A stretch of DNA of 62,557 nt, counting the filler, from Globobulimina sp. (lineage: Eukaryota): NCBI GenBank assembly GCA_003354225.1. It is 33 parts of 33 records of this genome, joined end to end, with 100 filler letters (N's around TTAATTAATTAA, not from the genome) between each part and the next. Parts side by side here need not be neighbours in the genome. Positions count along the whole stretch, not along the records: positions 58,864 to 60,660 come from PIVH01011831.1; positions 60,761 to 62,557 come from PIVH01011832.1; 31 more parts are not named here. One strand, written 5' to 3'. A program made the position numbers and the translations under genes. This document shows, one piece after another, positions 60,401-62,557 of this stretch (the first letter of the stretch is position 1; every line of letters starts with the position of its first letter). A model generated the notes under the pieces. It saw nothing but the letters and a program-made list of their open reading frames with translations, was not told the DNA's origin and ran no database searches.

Positions 60401-60760
60401 GAAAATGAAAAGCATTTTAAAAAAAAGCATTTAAATAAAATTCATAATCAATGCATAATTGATATTTTTGTCACGCTATTTGTAAAATAATTCACATCAA
60501 AAAAAAGATGCCCGAAATGTAATATATATTTTACCAATGGTTTCTTGATACAAAATAAGGTGGTGTTCCAATTGTAATTTTTTGATTCCAACCCATACTT
60601 CCTTTTGTTTTTTGTTGTTAAAGATTTCCAAAAACGAATAATGAATTAACTGAATATCCCNNNNNNNNNNNNNNNNNNNNNNNNNNNNNNNNNNNNNNNN
60701 NNNNTTAATTAATTAANNNNNNNNNNNNNNNNNNNNNNNNNNNNNNNNNNNNNNNNNNNN

Positions 60761-61136
60761 GATGGAGGAGATGATGAATTTAAAGAAGGAGATGTTAGAA
60801 ATGAAGACAGCGAATGAAGAGATACATAAAATAAAAAGTAACTTTTCAAATAATATACCAGTGATAGTACCAAATGATGAAAATAAAACCAATGATGATG
60901 TGGAGAGCGAGAAAGATAAAGAAAAAATGCAAGAAATGAAAGAATGGGTATTTACAAAATTAGAGTTTAATAAAAATGTTTTAAATTCAATCTGGCAGAA
61001 ATTAGTAAATGATGGATTTGATGATATTTCATTGTTATCTGAATTGAACGACGCGACCTTGAAAAATATGGGCATTCATAGAGTTGGTGATAGGATAAAA
61101 ATATTAAGAGCGTGTAAGACTATTTCTCATTCATGA
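60761..61136 (+). CDS. Coiled-coil plus C-terminal SAM domain protein, 5'-partial
   Basis: WQKLVNDGFDDISLLSELNDATLKNMGIHRVGDRIKILRA is a typical SAM domain. Confidence 0.8.
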
Positions 61137-61160
61137 AACAGCTCAACTAATTTACAAATT

Positions 61161-62171
61161 TTACAATTCTATTACAGTTTTCATTTTCACACTGTTTTTT
61201 TCTCTGATTTTAGTGGTCATTCTAGTTAATTCTCTGTCAGTGATTGCATGACAACATCCAAAATGACAGGTCGAGCAGACTTTGTAATACATTGATTCAT
61301 TGTAACCGAACCCTAAATACGCGCAGACCATTTCAATCCATACAGTAACGATGAGCAAAATGATAACTATAAAAAAAAAAGTTCCAAATTCCTGTCCCAT
61401 ATCAGCACGGATTAACCGTTCAATCCCAACAAGTATCAAAGCAAATGTGTTAAATGCAATTGCAAACGATCCCAATAATAGGTGTTTTGTAATCGTTTTC
61501 AATAAATCAGAGTGTACGCGATCATAACTACTCATTGATGATAAACGAGGACGAGGTGAATCTGGATCTGGTTGCAATTGCGAAAGATTTGAATGCGCGA
61601 TCAATAAACATATTTTATAAATAAACACAATAAGTAATGAGAAACGAAGTGCGAAATGTGTTACACACAAACATAATATAAATATAACGCGAAATGTTTT
61701 ATTTATTTCCTTTAATACGGTTGTAATATAACATAAACCAAATATAATAAATAATAGTATGCCAACCATATATGCATAATATAAATATTTCGATGATTCA
61801 TAAACAGTGGATTTGAAGGTTGCATATAAGCGGATAAGCAACAATATGTAAAAAAACAATTGACCCAAACCTCCAAATAAGAAACCAATGCCATAAACTA
61901 TGTCTTCCTGGTCATCAGTGGATTCATCATAATTTGTTGCAATTTTTAAACATATTTCTGAAATAAGTAATAAAAATGCAATAATGTAACATATGAAATA
62001 AGATATTGATGATATCTTTATGGATGTAAGGATCGATTTGTTGTCCTCTTTGGAGCTGTCACAACGATGTCTGACTGTAGACGTTAATAACATTAGACAA
62101 CCAAATACTGATAAACACCATCCAATCAACCAAGCAATATATATAACGCTAAGTTTCATTTCAGAAGACAT
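61161..62171 (-). CDS. Orphan 7TM (GPCR-like) protein with Cys-rich tail
   Basis: Seven hydrophobic segments, LIRLYATFKST after TM3, and tail YYKVCSTCHFGCC. Same pattern as 51602-52519. Confidence 0.75.
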   Translation of the reverse strand: MSSEMKLSVIYIAWLIGWCLSVFGCLMLLTSTVRHRCDSSKEDNKSILTSIKISSISYFICYIIAFLLLISEICLKIATNYDESTDDQEDIVYGIGFLFGGLGQLFFYILLLIRLYATFKSTVYESSKYLYYAYMVGILLFIIFGLCYITTVLKEINKTFRVIFILCLCVTHFALRFSLLIVFIYKICLLIAHSNLSQLQPDPDSPRPRLSSMSSYDRVHSDLLKTITKHLLLGSFAIAFNTFALILVGIERLIRADMGQEFGTFFFIVIILLIVTVWIEMVCAYLGFGYNESMYYKVCSTCHFGCCHAITDRELTRMTTKIREKNSVKMKTVIEL

Positions 62172-62229
62172 TATCTTTTGGAATATATCGTTGAGTTTTC
62201 GAATTAAGAGTTTCCCTTTAGTTAACAGA

Positions 62230-62557
62230 ATGGATCCTGGAGGCTCATTAGTTCAAAAACCAAAAGGGGAATCACATCCAATTGTTGTATATATTCGTGA
62301 ATTATTAGATAATCGTGAATGGAGAGTAATATTTTATTGTTCATTAATTATGTTAGCAATCTTTCCAATATTGGTAGACACTGCGGATTTGTTCAACGCA
62401 GATGGCAGTGATAAATGGACCGGCAATGAGTTTTGTAATGAAGATATGTAATGTTCCATTGCTTTATCAGGTCATTGTATATATCACTCATATTTCGTTA
62501 TAATACCTGTTATACAATATATACACATCTCTATCGCTCCTGTATTAGTATAAGTGA
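62230..62557 (+). CDS. Membrane protein N-terminus, partial
   Basis: ATG 62230 gives MDPGGSL, with one TM (VIFYCSLIMLAIFPILV) and a probable intron after about 62447. Confidence 0.45.

Noticed and set aside
1801..60760. Regularly spaced identical TTAATTAATTAA repeats resembling a CRISPR array, telomere-bounded nanochromosomes or an integron cassette array
   Set aside because: Each copy is flanked by exactly 44 Ns on both sides, genes are cut at the boundaries, and contig lengths are sorted. It is a synthetic six-frame stop linker.
1..62557. Non-standard genetic code, tRNA or rRNA genes
   Set aside because: TAA, TAG and TGA all end conserved genes at expected positions, and interruptions are explained by introns or indels. 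No tRNA or rRNA motifs were recognised.

Overview
This window is not one locus. It is an artificial concatenation of 33 unrelated contigs, sorted by length (1800, 1799, 1798, then 1797 bp). Each pair is joined by a 100-bp linker, N44-TTAATTAATTAA-N44, which places stops in all six frames. Nothing can be inferred from gene neighbourhood across a linker, and ORFs ending in XXX are truncated. The DNA is AT-rich and eukaryotic, uses the standard code, and has short GT-AG introns (about 53-112 nt) that I could splice by eye to restore conserved motifs. The gene content suggests a foraminiferan or related rhizarian protist from sediment, possibly single-cell amplified; this is inference. It includes Pro-Thr stalk receptors, orphan 7TM proteins, F-box families and divergent actins. 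Recognisable genes: SUT/SLC45 sugar transporter, TPP2, ALDH8-like pseudogene, sorbosone/PQQ dehydrogenase, RING-CH ligase, LINE endonuclease ORF, PAP2 pseudogene, BSD-NECAP fusion, DXO/Rai1, FLVCR-type and OFA-type MFS transporters, LtrA-like protein, RAE1, C2H2 zinc-finger factor, RPB12-like protein, PP2C/PDP, actin-related proteins, CaMK-type kinase, TBCA and a nitrilase. One contig fuses a GC-rich, Planctomycete-like bacterial gene in frame to host sequence. The most interesting single-gene observations are: a myosin motor domain that has lost all nucleotide-binding motifs; an intron-containing ADP-ribosyltransferase-fold protein; a Schlafen/AlbA_2 domain; two independent actin-related sequences sharing the same unusual insertion; and a RAE1 with WG repeats. 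No multi-gene system can be supported, because the contigs are unlinked. All family calls come from motif recognition by eye; no searches were run.
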